Assembly: GCA_041660065.1 (NCBI GenBank)
Contig: JBAZXC010000002.1
Coordinates: 25,084 to 89,083, forward strand
Reading direction: 5' to 3'
From: Parcubacteria group bacterium
Lineage (GTDB): Bacteria; Patescibacteriota; Minisyncoccia; Moranbacterales; GCA-2747515
DNA length: 64,000 bases
Numbering within the stretch: position 1 is the first letter of the stretch; each line of letters starts with the position of its first letter. The translations under genes and the position numbers were made by a program. The notes beneath the pieces are model-generated. The model had not been told where the DNA came from and did not search any database. It saw only the letters and a program-made list of their open reading frames with translations. This document shows, in pieces, positions 20,208 to 29,584 of the stretch.

Positions 20208-21333
20208 CTTTTTGTGTTAATAAATACAACGCTCTTTGCACAACAAATCTATGAGAATCTATTTTTATATTATGCAACAAAAGCAAATTCCGTTCTACAA
20301 TACTTTTTGTGGGAAAAAATGTTTTTCTTGCTATATTTGTAATTCCCTGAATAAATGTCACTTTCTGTAACATTCCATTCATGGCCTCTTCATAATAACC
20401 GCGATAGTATTTTTCAAAAAGGCACAGTGACGTAGTATCATTCAATCTTTCATATTCCGCACCAAGCAAAGAATTCAAATGATCCATATCATATACTACT
20501 TCATCCTCCTTTACTATACACAACTGACCATTACGTTTCTTGTGAAAGATAATATCAAAATCTTTTAGCCCATCTTTTTCAATGTCTAAAATCACACTGT
20601 AACTATCGTCACTTTTTTTCTCAAAACCATCCACATCAAAATAAAAATTTCCTAGACTGTAAAAGATCATGCTTTCGCCATATTTTTCATATCCCTGAGG
20701 CACGTGTGGATGATGACCGATCACGACATCCGCGCCAATGTCACAAAAACGCCTATATTGCTCACGCCACTCTTTGATAGGAAAATCGATATTCTCCACT
20801 CCTGCATGTGCCAACACAATGACAATGTCAACATTTTTTTTCAATTCTCGCACACAATCCTCCAGAGATCGATGCAATATCCACGCATATCCGCTACGAC
20901 CCCTATCTTCATCCAAACATCCAAATTCATTTTCACATCCAGCGATCAGGCCTATTTTTACACCATTTGTCTCCACTACCTTGGGCTGATACGTCTGGGC
21001 AAAATCCCTACCACATCCAACATATTGTAACCCATGATCTTCCAACATTGACATTGTATGTGCCATGGCAATATCACCATAATCATAAATATGATTGTTT
21101 GCCAATGATACATAATCAAATCCATACTTTCGCAACTGCGGGATCATCTCTGGTGCTTGCACAAGATGCGGACCCGCTTTTTTTATGGGATGTGCTCCAT
21201 CAGTTTTTATCGACGCCTCAAAATTACAGATTGCAATATCCGCATTTTCTACAACTTTTCGTATGTTATCATCCAAGAAATCTTTTGCATCAGTACTGAC
21301 GATATCCCCACATGCAAATATTTTTACACCCAC
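20200..21333 (-). CDS. CapA-family (PGA_cap) metallophosphatase-like capsule/polymer biosynthesis protein
   Basis: ICNFE...LANNHIYDYG...VVIGHHPHVPQG motifs of the CapA / calcineurin-like family. Confidence 0.7.
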   Translation of the reverse strand: MGVKIFACGDIVSTDAKDFLDDNIRKVVENADIAICNFEASIKTDGAHPIKKAGPHLVQAPEMIPQLRKYGFDYVSLANNHIYDYGDIAMAHTMSMLEDHGLQYVGCGRDFAQTYQPKVVETNGVKIGLIAGCENEFGCLDEDRGRSGYAWILHRSLEDCVRELKKNVDIVIVLAHAGVENIDFPIKEWREQYRRFCDIGADVVIGHHPHVPQGYEKYGESMIFYSLGNFYFDVDGFEKKSDDSYSVILDIEKDGLKDFDIIFHKKRNGQLCIVKEDEVVYDMDHLNSLLGAEYERLNDTTSLCLFEKYYRGYYEEAMNGMLQKVTFIQGITNIARKTFFPTKSIVERNLLLLHNIKIDSHRFVVQRALYLLTQKDE

Positions 21334-21352
21334 AGTTTTTGTTACTTAACAA

Positions 21353-22954
21353 TTACGTATATGATTGCGTATCTTTTATGCCTTTTTCAATCGCTTTTAC
21401 CACACAATAATCATACAATGCTCGTAAAAATTTGTTTTTTACTCCACACAATTGTAGCACGCCACGAATTTTTGGAACATGCAATAACTTATTCTGTAAA
21501 GACTGGTACAAATTCGTATTATCTAGTAATTTATTAATTTGCACAAGTCTGTTCTCATCTATGTATTTTTTCATTTTATCTGCATCAATTGGTTCAAATC
21601 GTGTCTTTCTTGCTACTTCATAATTCAAATCATTGTTTTTATCAGATTTTAAATCCATTTCTTCGAGATTGAGTCCAAAGCGCGCAAAAAAATCTTTTTC
21701 CCACACTCTATTTTTTCTCCGTTCATCAGATATATTCAAAGTTGCCTTTACGATATCAAAATTCAGGAATGGTGTCCAAACGGGCATGCCGAAATATTCA
21801 GGTATTTGTGTAAGATATGAGAGAAGAATCAACTTCACGCGCATTGCAAGAATTGATTTTATCTTATCATTTTTTAAATATTCACAATTCCTTTTATAAT
21901 ATTCTTTTTTCAATTTTTCATTACTCTGCAAATTCAGATATTTCAGATCCAAACTCATTCCATGCGCATACCCCAAATTAATAATATCGTGATAATTTTC
22001 TATTTCATCGAATTTACCTAATTCTGCCCACGCATCACCAATAATACCACTCAAAAAAGAAGACCCCGAGAAATCATGTCCTTTGGAAATATTTTTATAA
22101 AATTCTATATGATACATCCCATGAAGATGTGTGCTAAAGCCATATATTTTATACCATTTATCGATATATTTATGATACTCTTTTAATTCTATTTGCTCCC
22201 ATTTCGTATTGTAGATCTCTGATATTTTTTTTGCATGCGCCACTTCATGACTTTGGCTCTGATCTTCACTAACGCCATAAGTAAAACTTCGTATCCTTTT
22301 TTTATCTTTAACGAGATGATTTAACATACGACTATCATACCCGCCAGAAGTTGGGATAACTATATCGCCAACAGTTACAGATTCAACATCGGTTATATAT
22401 TTTTGCATGAGATCTATCACATCATTTTCATCTGACACATCTGCCAAAAAACTATCATCCAGAACAGGATCTTCTTTATATTCTATTTCTGCATGATCAG
22501 ATATGGTCAACGTGGAATAATATCTCATGAATTTTACATCTGCAAAGATCGTTTGTTCAAAAACACTATATCCAAATTCACAAAAATTCGACAATCCCTC
22601 TTCATGAATTTTTTTATCTCTTAAACAAAAATTAGATAATGTGGAAACGATATTTTCTTTTTGGTTGTAAAATACCGGGATAGACCCCAACCAATCATTT
22701 TCAACGATAATATTATCGCCTTCAAAACTGATCAGAATATTTCTATCCAAAAGACCATCGTTTAAGGGAAATGACAAAGAATATTTGCCATTGATCTTAT
22801 GTAGCTCAATATCTCCAATACCCCACAAATAGATATTATGATGACCATGTTTAACTACAATAGTTTTTATGCCAACATCAAAAAAATCAACTTCAGGTGA
22901 TCTATTTTCTTTTGTAATGAGAAATCCTATTATTTTATTCATTATAAAGATCAA
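21353..22954 (-). CDS. Asparagine synthetase-like PP-loop amidotransferase (no N-terminal glutaminase Cys)
   Basis: PP-loop motif VIPTSGGYDSRMLNHLV. 533 aa. The N-terminal ~200 aa domain is of unknown type. Confidence 0.6.
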   Translation of the reverse strand: MIFIMNKIIGFLITKENRSPEVDFFDVGIKTIVVKHGHHNIYLWGIGDIELHKINGKYSLSFPLNDGLLDRNILISFEGDNIIVENDWLGSIPVFYNQKENIVSTLSNFCLRDKKIHEEGLSNFCEFGYSVFEQTIFADVKFMRYYSTLTISDHAEIEYKEDPVLDDSFLADVSDENDVIDLMQKYITDVESVTVGDIVIPTSGGYDSRMLNHLVKDKKRIRSFTYGVSEDQSQSHEVAHAKKISEIYNTKWEQIELKEYHKYIDKWYKIYGFSTHLHGMYHIEFYKNISKGHDFSGSSFLSGIIGDAWAELGKFDEIENYHDIINLGYAHGMSLDLKYLNLQSNEKLKKEYYKRNCEYLKNDKIKSILAMRVKLILLSYLTQIPEYFGMPVWTPFLNFDIVKATLNISDERRKNRVWEKDFFARFGLNLEEMDLKSDKNNDLNYEVARKTRFEPIDADKMKKYIDENRLVQINKLLDNTNLYQSLQNKLLHVPKIRGVLQLCGVKNKFLRALYDYCVVKAIEKGIKDTQSYT

Positions 22955-23594
22955 CTAATAAAGATGTGTAGGAAATATTATTCTCTGTAAATTGTTTCCT
23001 TAAATGCCTTGGAACGCTCTGAATCATTTTTTCATATTCTTCATCATTATCTGTAAATCTACCTTTATAATTTTTTGAACATCGCGAGATATATCCATTT
23101 TCAAAATTAAGATCTGATGTATGAAAAACGCCATCTTTATCAAAATATTCAAGCCCTTTTATCTTGTAGCCACATCTCTCTGCAATTTGTTCAAGATCAT
23201 CAATGCTGTAATGATATTTATGATCATCTGCACCAGGCTCAGTGCCATTTTTTCCAGTCAACTCACGCACATATATTGATGGGTGATATGCATCTGGCAC
23301 GGCTATTCTAATTACACCATTTTTACTTAAATACTTTTTTGCAATTGAAAGAAAAAACAGAAAATCATCATATACCAAATGCTCTATCACATGCTCCAAC
23401 AATATCTTGTCAATTTTTTTATCACCAAAAATAAAAGCAAAATCACGCTCTTGCGTAATATCAAGCTCATCAATATCTGTAGCGACCCACCCATCAAATT
23501 CAGTAAAGTTTGCCCCAGCAATCAATTTGATCGACGGGTTTTTTTGAATCATATATTTTAATATATTTTTTTTTATTTTATTCACAAATTGCAT
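22935..23594 (-). CDS. SAM-dependent methyltransferase (Methyltransf_11-like)
   Basis: KLIAGANFTEFDGWVATDID (an LNxGCG...GWxNxD-type motif I variant) and ILLEHVIEHL...LSKNGVIRIAVPD. Confidence 0.5.
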   Translation of the reverse strand: MQFVNKIKKNILKYMIQKNPSIKLIAGANFTEFDGWVATDIDELDITQERDFAFIFGDKKIDKILLEHVIEHLVYDDFLFFLSIAKKYLSKNGVIRIAVPDAYHPSIYVRELTGKNGTEPGADDHKYHYSIDDLEQIAERCGYKIKGLEYFDKDGVFHTSDLNFENGYISRCSKNYKGRFTDNDEEYEKMIQSVPRHLRKQFTENNISYTSLLVDLYNE

Positions 23595-24372
23595 ATAGAT
23601 CCTCTTGTCCTAAATTATTAATATCATCATGCATCACTTCCGTTGCATCTAATTTATAGGTTTTGTATCTGTTTTTTGTGAGATAATCTATTACTTCACT
23701 TTTACTTTTTCCTTGCTTGTCTAATAATATTGGAGAATGTTCAAAAATAATCATTTTAATAGCATTAGATTGCAATTTCTTGCATGATCCTTGTAAAACA
23801 TCATACTCCAATCCTTCCACATCAATTTTTAAAACATCTATTTCTTGAATCCCCTTTTCTTCACAAAATTGATCTAGCGTTATTGTTTTAACTTGCACGG
23901 ATTTTTTAGCTTTCGCAATATGATTTTGATCAAGAGAATGATGCCCATACGAATCAAAAAGGTGAAATGTCGCTACGCCATTTTCATTTGAGACAGCTTG
24001 CTGAACTAACTCAACATTGCTAATATTATTCACCTCAATATTTTCATTAAATCTTTTTATGTTGTCCAAATCAGGTTCAAACGAGTAGACCTTCTCACAA
24101 TGTCGTGCCATCCACATAGTTGTAATCCCGATATTTGCTCCAATATCTATTCCAATTTTTGATTTTTTGATTTTTTTATCCAATGCAATCATCATCGGAA
24201 CAGCATCACAAGAGTTTTTTGTTGAAAAAATATATGCAAAATTATCTTTGAAATTTCTTTTTGCAAGTATCCCCATTCGATCTTTATGATAAAATTCTAC
24301 ATCATATTTTTTAAGTATATGCGAAAATATTTTGAATTCATATTTTTCAATTAGTTTCATTATTCTATTCAT
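23578..24372 (-). CDS. FkbM-family methyltransferase
   Basis: GIDIGANIGITTMWMARHCEKVYSFEPD...LKIDVEGLEYDVL. Confidence 0.75.
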   Translation of the reverse strand: MNRIMKLIEKYEFKIFSHILKKYDVEFYHKDRMGILAKRNFKDNFAYIFSTKNSCDAVPMMIALDKKIKKSKIGIDIGANIGITTMWMARHCEKVYSFEPDLDNIKRFNENIEVNNISNVELVQQAVSNENGVATFHLFDSYGHHSLDQNHIAKAKKSVQVKTITLDQFCEEKGIQEIDVLKIDVEGLEYDVLQGSCKKLQSNAIKMIIFEHSPILLDKQGKSKSEVIDYLTKNRYKTYKLDATEVMHDDINNLGQEDLYAICE

Positions 24373-24378
24373 ATTTTT

Positions 24379-25796
24379 TTAATTTTTTAGATATCTTCTT
24401 TTACTTAAAGCATACCCCCTTCTAAAAAGACTTGCAAAAAATAAGCTTTTTGATTGTGTGTAGAAATTAATCCTCGTTTTATTATAAATAACTAGTGAGA
24501 TATATCCTGCAAATGCGTATGAAATTAGAGTTGCCCACGCCGCACCCTCTATTCCCATTTTTGGAATTAAAATATAATTCATAAATATATTTATGACTGC
24601 ACCACTTGCAGTATTAATAAAAGAAAATATTTGCAGATTTTCCGTCACAAGCCACTTTCCACTTGCAACTCCCAAAACACAAAAACACCAGCCCAAATGT
24701 ATATTGTAAGCACACCTGCAGCTTGTGCATACTCTGCGCCATAGAGAAAATTGATGATCCAGCCACTCAAAAACGTCATTGGAATGGCAATGGCAATCGC
24801 CATCCATACCATCATATCATATAATTTTTGCAATCGTGCATAATATTCCTCTTCATTTCTCTTTTTTGTCACGATAATCGCGGGAAAGACCGAAGCGGTT
24901 ATGATTGTGGGGATAAAATACCACATTTCACTCAAATTGACCGCCACAGAATAGCTCCCGAGTGCCTCATAGCCCATCATATTACCAATCATCACCTGAT
25001 CGATACGCATATAGATCATCACAGAAATCGCAGATAATATGAGTGGCCATGAATCTTTCAACAAATCCCTCGCCACACCACGGTCAAACACCCACTTGCT
25101 GACATGTTTCTTGTTCTTATAATATGCAAAAGCAAAACCAATCGCCACAAAGATCGATTCCAATAACCCGACACTCGCAAACCATACAAGTGACGCACCC
25201 GTCGAAACTAAGCAGATCTTGATCGCTGCACTGATCAAAACCGCGGCGCTGCGTGAATATACAACGTATTTTGACACAACCTGCGATTGAAACCAGAGAT
25301 CGATCACATCCGCCGCTTGAAATACCAGGGTAAACGATACTGTTGCAGTTATGATCGTAATGAGGATATCCCCTTTCAACACATGCGCAGTGACGACAGC
25401 GAGCACGACCGCGAGCATGCCACCCCATAATTTGAGATAAAAAACTGTCCCGAGGAGTTTTTCTTTTTTGATCTTGCCCTCTACCAATTCCCTCACTGCA
25501 ATTGCGTCAAGACCCAACTTGGAAAAAACGCTAAAAAAACCTACAAGTGCTCCGGCATAACTCAAGACACCATATTTTTCCGGTCCCAAATAACGGATGA
25601 CCCACACGCCCACAAAAAAAGCCACTGCCATACGAATTGCCGTATCCAGAAAAAGCCAGTTCGCATTAGTGATGATCTTTCGGAGTTCGTGATGTGCGCG
25701 ATACTCGTGCCATTTTTTTTGCAAAAAATTTTTCATGTAATTATATCTTATATACATCATTTTTTTTAGCCATTCTCTTTTCGTGCATTTTATCAA
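24379..25796 (-). pseudogene. wzx: Wzx-like oligosaccharide flippase (PST family) split into two overlapping ORFs (24645-25796 and 24379-24807). Either a frameshift or a sequencing error.
   Basis: The 383 aa N-terminal part has the polysaccharide-biosynthesis-protein TM pattern (LGPEKYGVLSYAGALVGFFSVF...). The 142 aa ORF continues the TM domain in another frame, with a 160 nt overlap. Confidence 0.6.
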
Positions 25797-26517
25797 AATA
25801 TAGGAGTGCAGCGATCAATAAAGTGCTTTTACAATATTTTTTGTATAAAATTTCATGCTCATTATTATGTCTTGTCAGAGTTGTTTGTGAATCTTCTCTC
25901 ATATGAAAATTACATATAATTGTATCAATAAAACGAGAACGAACTTTATTTTTTGCTAAACGCAACCACATATCATAATCCATATTGCTACGCAAATTCT
26001 CATCAAATGTGCCGTAAACATCAAATACATCTTTTTTCAAAAAAACACTCTGATGCATCACATAATTCATCAGAAGCAAATACCAAAATCGTATTTTGTG
26101 ATGGCTTTTTCCATTCAGTACAACAAGAGAGGTATTATTAATGGTATTGATGACATGTGCCTTTCCATAGATCCAATCAGGACTATCATTCTTCTGGATG
26201 AAATCACTCACATTTTTGAGCACATCATGATCATAAAAACTGTCGTCAGAATGCAAATGATTGATATATTGCCCGGAAGATCTTTCGATCCCCTCATTCA
26301 TTGCATGTGATATGCCTCGCGGTTCAGATTGAAAGACCTTTACTCTGTCTGGATGCTTTTGCCGATATTTCTCTATGATCGCCATTGTGCCGTCAGTAGA
26401 AAACCCATCAATGAAAATATGTTCAAAATCTTCGTATGTCTGCGCTTCCACAGAATCGATATTTTCTTGCAAATATTTTGCACTGTTATATGTGCATGTA
26501 ACAATTGAAAATCTCAT
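25741..26517 (-). CDS. Glycosyltransferase family 2
   Basis: MRFSIVTCTYNSAKYLQENIDSVEAQTYEDFEHIFIDGFSTDGT plus a DxD/HSDD region. Tandem paralog of the next gene. Confidence 0.8.
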   Translation of the reverse strand: MRFSIVTCTYNSAKYLQENIDSVEAQTYEDFEHIFIDGFSTDGTMAIIEKYRQKHPDRVKVFQSEPRGISHAMNEGIERSSGQYINHLHSDDSFYDHDVLKNVSDFIQKNDSPDWIYGKAHVINTINNTSLVVLNGKSHHKIRFWYLLLMNYVMHQSVFLKKDVFDVYGTFDENLRSNMDYDMWLRLAKNKVRSRFIDTIICNFHMREDSQTTLTRHNNEHEILYKKYCKSTLLIAALLYFDKMHEKRMAKKNDVYKI

Positions 26518-26576
26518 AATTATACTTTATGAACGGATATCCTATTCAACAACGATTTAAATATTTTACTAAAAAC

Positions 26577-27356
26577 CTACACTTTATACAAAGAAATTTT
26601 GTATAATAAAAATTTATACAATGTAGTAAAAAGTATAAGAAATTTTCTCACAAACCGATTTTTGACATACCTCTCGTAGAGAATCACATTTTCTGTATTT
26701 GCTCTCCCAATGGTGCTTTGCGCATCTTCTCTGATCGAAAAATTGCAAATAATCTCATTGATGAATTTTGCATGAACATTCTTTTGCGTCAATTTCAACC
26801 ACAGATCGAGATCCATATAATTCTTGAGCGTTTCGTCAAAATATCCGTACTTTTCAAAGATTTGCTTTTTGATAAAAACGCTTTGATGTGGGATGTAGTT
26901 GCTCACCAACAAAAGCAACCAAAATCGCGATTTATCATAAAAATATCTTCGCGGCGGTATGATCGTTGTTTTTTTATTTGCAACATTTACTACTCTCGCT
27001 TTGCCATAGAGCCACAAAGGTTCATGATTTTTTTTGATGAAGTCATCTACTTTGCGCAATACGTGATCGTCATAAAAGCTATCATCAGAATGGAGATGGA
27101 TCAGGTATTCTCCCGCAGACCGCTTGATCCCCTCATTCATTGCATGTGATATGCCTCGCGGTTCAGATTGAAAGACTTTGACTCTATCCGGATGTTTTTG
27201 CTGATATGTCTCTATGATCGCCATTGTGCCATCAGTGGAAAATCCATCGATAAAGATGTGTTCAAAATCTTCGTATGTCTGCGCTTCCACAGAATCGATA
27301 TTTTCTTGCAAATATTTTGCACTGTTATATGTACATGTAATGACTGAAAATTTCAT
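26577..27356 (-). CDS. Glycosyltransferase family 2 (tandem paralog)
   Basis: MKFSVITCTYNSAKYLQENIDSVEAQTYEDFEHIFIDGFSTDGT. The first ~50 aa and two internal nucleotide tracts are near-identical to 25741-26517. Confidence 0.8.
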   Translation of the reverse strand: MKFSVITCTYNSAKYLQENIDSVEAQTYEDFEHIFIDGFSTDGTMAIIETYQQKHPDRVKVFQSEPRGISHAMNEGIKRSAGEYLIHLHSDDSFYDDHVLRKVDDFIKKNHEPLWLYGKARVVNVANKKTTIIPPRRYFYDKSRFWLLLLVSNYIPHQSVFIKKQIFEKYGYFDETLKNYMDLDLWLKLTQKNVHAKFINEIICNFSIREDAQSTIGRANTENVILYERYVKNRFVRKFLILFTTLYKFLLYKISLYKV

Positions 27357-27391
27357 AAATCAAAAAATATCTTTTAATAATCTCCTATAAC

Positions 27392-28411
27392 TCATTTCTT
27401 CGACGCAAAAAATCCCACACCGAAATTCTTAAACCATGTAGAAAAATCTTGCGCAACTCGTCTACGCTGGATATATCGCCTTTTTCTGCAAAGGGCCCGC
27501 ATATTTTTTATCACATCCCAAAACCCGCGAAGGGTCACACATGCGAGATCGACAGCACTAACATTTTTTTGAAATCGTTTCACGACGCCTGTGCCTCGCA
27601 TTGACAGCGTAAGCAGATATGGATACCTGATCACAGAAAGAAAAATCGCTTTCCAAAAAAAACATCCCGGATAATTTTTGATGATATTGTAAAAAAGATT
27701 TCTATTGGTATGAAACGCGATGAATTTGGAATACCCTCCGGATGTCGCATTTTTGTGATGATAAACAATTGATCGCGGATTATATTGACATTTCCACCCT
27801 CGCAATCGTGCACGCCAGCCCATGTCGAGATCTTCGAGATAATACGCATACTCCTCATCAAAGAACATCCCTTCCTGCTTGATGTCATTGAGCAGTCGTG
27901 TGCTAAAAAGCGCTGCCGCGCCCGCAGGACAGAACACCTCACATGCGTCATTTGCTTCGCTGGATGTTTTATCCATGAGCCGATTGATCGCCATCCCATC
28001 GGGCGTAATGACCAATCCGGCAGAATCGATCACGCTTTTATTTGCATACATCAAGATCTTTGGCGCGACCATCTCCACATGATCTTTTTTATCAACACGT
28101 GCGACCAGCTCAGTGATAAATGCCGGATCAACCTCCGTGTCATTGTTAAGCAAGATGATATTTTGCGCGCCATGGTCGATCGCTGTTTGGATGCCGACAT
28201 TGTTTGCCTTGCAAAAACCGGCATTATATCCCATGTCGATCACAAGCACCTCGGGAAATGCGTTTTGCACCATTGCGATCGAACCGTCAGCAGATCCGTT
28301 GTCCACAACAAAAACCGCGTGCTCGCACGGCTGTGCGTTGCGCAATGACAGCAGACACTGTGCCAAAAGCTCCTTTCTATTATAGTTGACGATGACAATT
28401 GCGTTTTTCAT
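27392..28411 (-). CDS. Glycosyltransferase family 2
   Basis: MKNAIVIVNYNRKELLAQCLLSL...FVVDNGSADGS. Start placed at the internal Met, giving an ATGA overlap with the upstream GT4 gene; the ORF extends to 28540. Confidence 0.75.
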   Translation of the reverse strand: MKNAIVIVNYNRKELLAQCLLSLRNAQPCEHAVFVVDNGSADGSIAMVQNAFPEVLVIDMGYNAGFCKANNVGIQTAIDHGAQNIILLNNDTEVDPAFITELVARVDKKDHVEMVAPKILMYANKSVIDSAGLVITPDGMAINRLMDKTSSEANDACEVFCPAGAAALFSTRLLNDIKQEGMFFDEEYAYYLEDLDMGWRARLRGWKCQYNPRSIVYHHKNATSGGYSKFIAFHTNRNLFYNIIKNYPGCFFWKAIFLSVIRYPYLLTLSMRGTGVVKRFQKNVSAVDLACVTLRGFWDVIKNMRALCRKRRYIQRRRVAQDFSTWFKNFGVGFFASKK

Positions 28412-29577
28412 GTGATAAATTTTTCTTGTGTAAAAAATGTGGTGATCTTTTTTTGCATTACCTGCAATGTATATTGTTCCGCCTCTTTGACCGCGCCACC
28501 CGACAGCGCTGTCAATTGCTCCTGAGAATCCGCACTGCACAAGACATCGCGCACTTTTTGATAGAGATCATCTTCATCTGCACACACATATCCGTTGACC
28601 CCGTTTTTGACAAGTTCCGCGGACGCATTGTCCGGATATGCGATCACAAAAACCGGTAAACCGCAGGTATTTGCTTCAGCGACTGTGATGCCAAATCCCT
28701 CGCGCTCCGATGGCTGAATCATCACTTTGGACGATTTGATCCGTGTGATGAGCGTAGCATAATCCTCGACAAAGTCCTCGAGATCGATATGATCTTCCAG
28801 TTTTTTCGTTTTGATCATATCACTGATGCGTTCTTTATCCGGTCCATTTCCGATGATGAGTGCGCGTACAGAGATATGCTGTGAAACAAATTGTTCCACA
28901 ATATGCACGATATGCTCGACGCGCTTGTGTGCGATGATCCGTCCGTAGTAGATCATATCATATTTTTTTTCTTGTGCGGGCACACTGTTTATCGCCTCAG
29001 CATCGATATATGCCGGCGGGAGGATCGCAATGTCTTTTTTGCCATCGGGAAATGCATGTGCGATCTTCTCTTTTGTGAAGTGTGAGATCGCGAGGATGTG
29101 ATCACATGCGCCATAACTCATCCGCTCCAAAAACACACCCATCCACCAATGATACGGATAATATTTTTGCCAATACCCTTTTCCCCAATATTCCGCCCAA
29201 CTCCCTATGATAATGGGTTTTTTTGTTTTGAAAAATAGTGCTAGACGCGCAAAGAGCAATGGAAAATACGGGAAGACATTGATCAAAAGGATGTCCTCAC
29301 GAGAGCGCAAAACCCAAAAGAATGTCTTGATACCGAGCCACAAGCTCGACAGCGTGTTTCTTTTGCCGTTTTTTTTGTAAATCGCCAATCGCGGACAAAT
29401 ACCCGCATATGTGACACCGTCCTTGATCATTGTCGAAGCGCCATCCCATTGCTTCATCGTGACGACCTTTACTGCATTGTGCTGTGACAACATCGTCGCG
29501 TAATCATAGATCATTTTTTCCTGCCCGCCAAAAAAATACGGATACACACTTTCTGTGATGAACGCGATCTTTTTCAT
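28408..29577 (-). CDS. Glycosyltransferase family 4
   Basis: C-terminus EREGFGITVAEANTCGLPVFVIAYPDNASAELVKNGVNGYV (GT-B E-X7-E region). Confidence 0.8.
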   Translation of the reverse strand: MKKIAFITESVYPYFFGGQEKMIYDYATMLSQHNAVKVVTMKQWDGASTMIKDGVTYAGICPRLAIYKKNGKRNTLSSLWLGIKTFFWVLRSREDILLINVFPYFPLLFARLALFFKTKKPIIIGSWAEYWGKGYWQKYYPYHWWMGVFLERMSYGACDHILAISHFTKEKIAHAFPDGKKDIAILPPAYIDAEAINSVPAQEKKYDMIYYGRIIAHKRVEHIVHIVEQFVSQHISVRALIIGNGPDKERISDMIKTKKLEDHIDLEDFVEDYATLITRIKSSKVMIQPSEREGFGITVAEANTCGLPVFVIAYPDNASAELVKNGVNGYVCADEDDLYQKVRDVLCSADSQEQLTALSGGAVKEAEQYTLQVMQKKITTFFTQEKFIT

Positions 29578-29584
29578 AGTAAAA

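Noticed and set aside
27785-28348. 187 aa plus-strand ORF within the GT2 gene
   Set aside because: Antisense shadow of 27392-28411, which has clear GT2 motifs.
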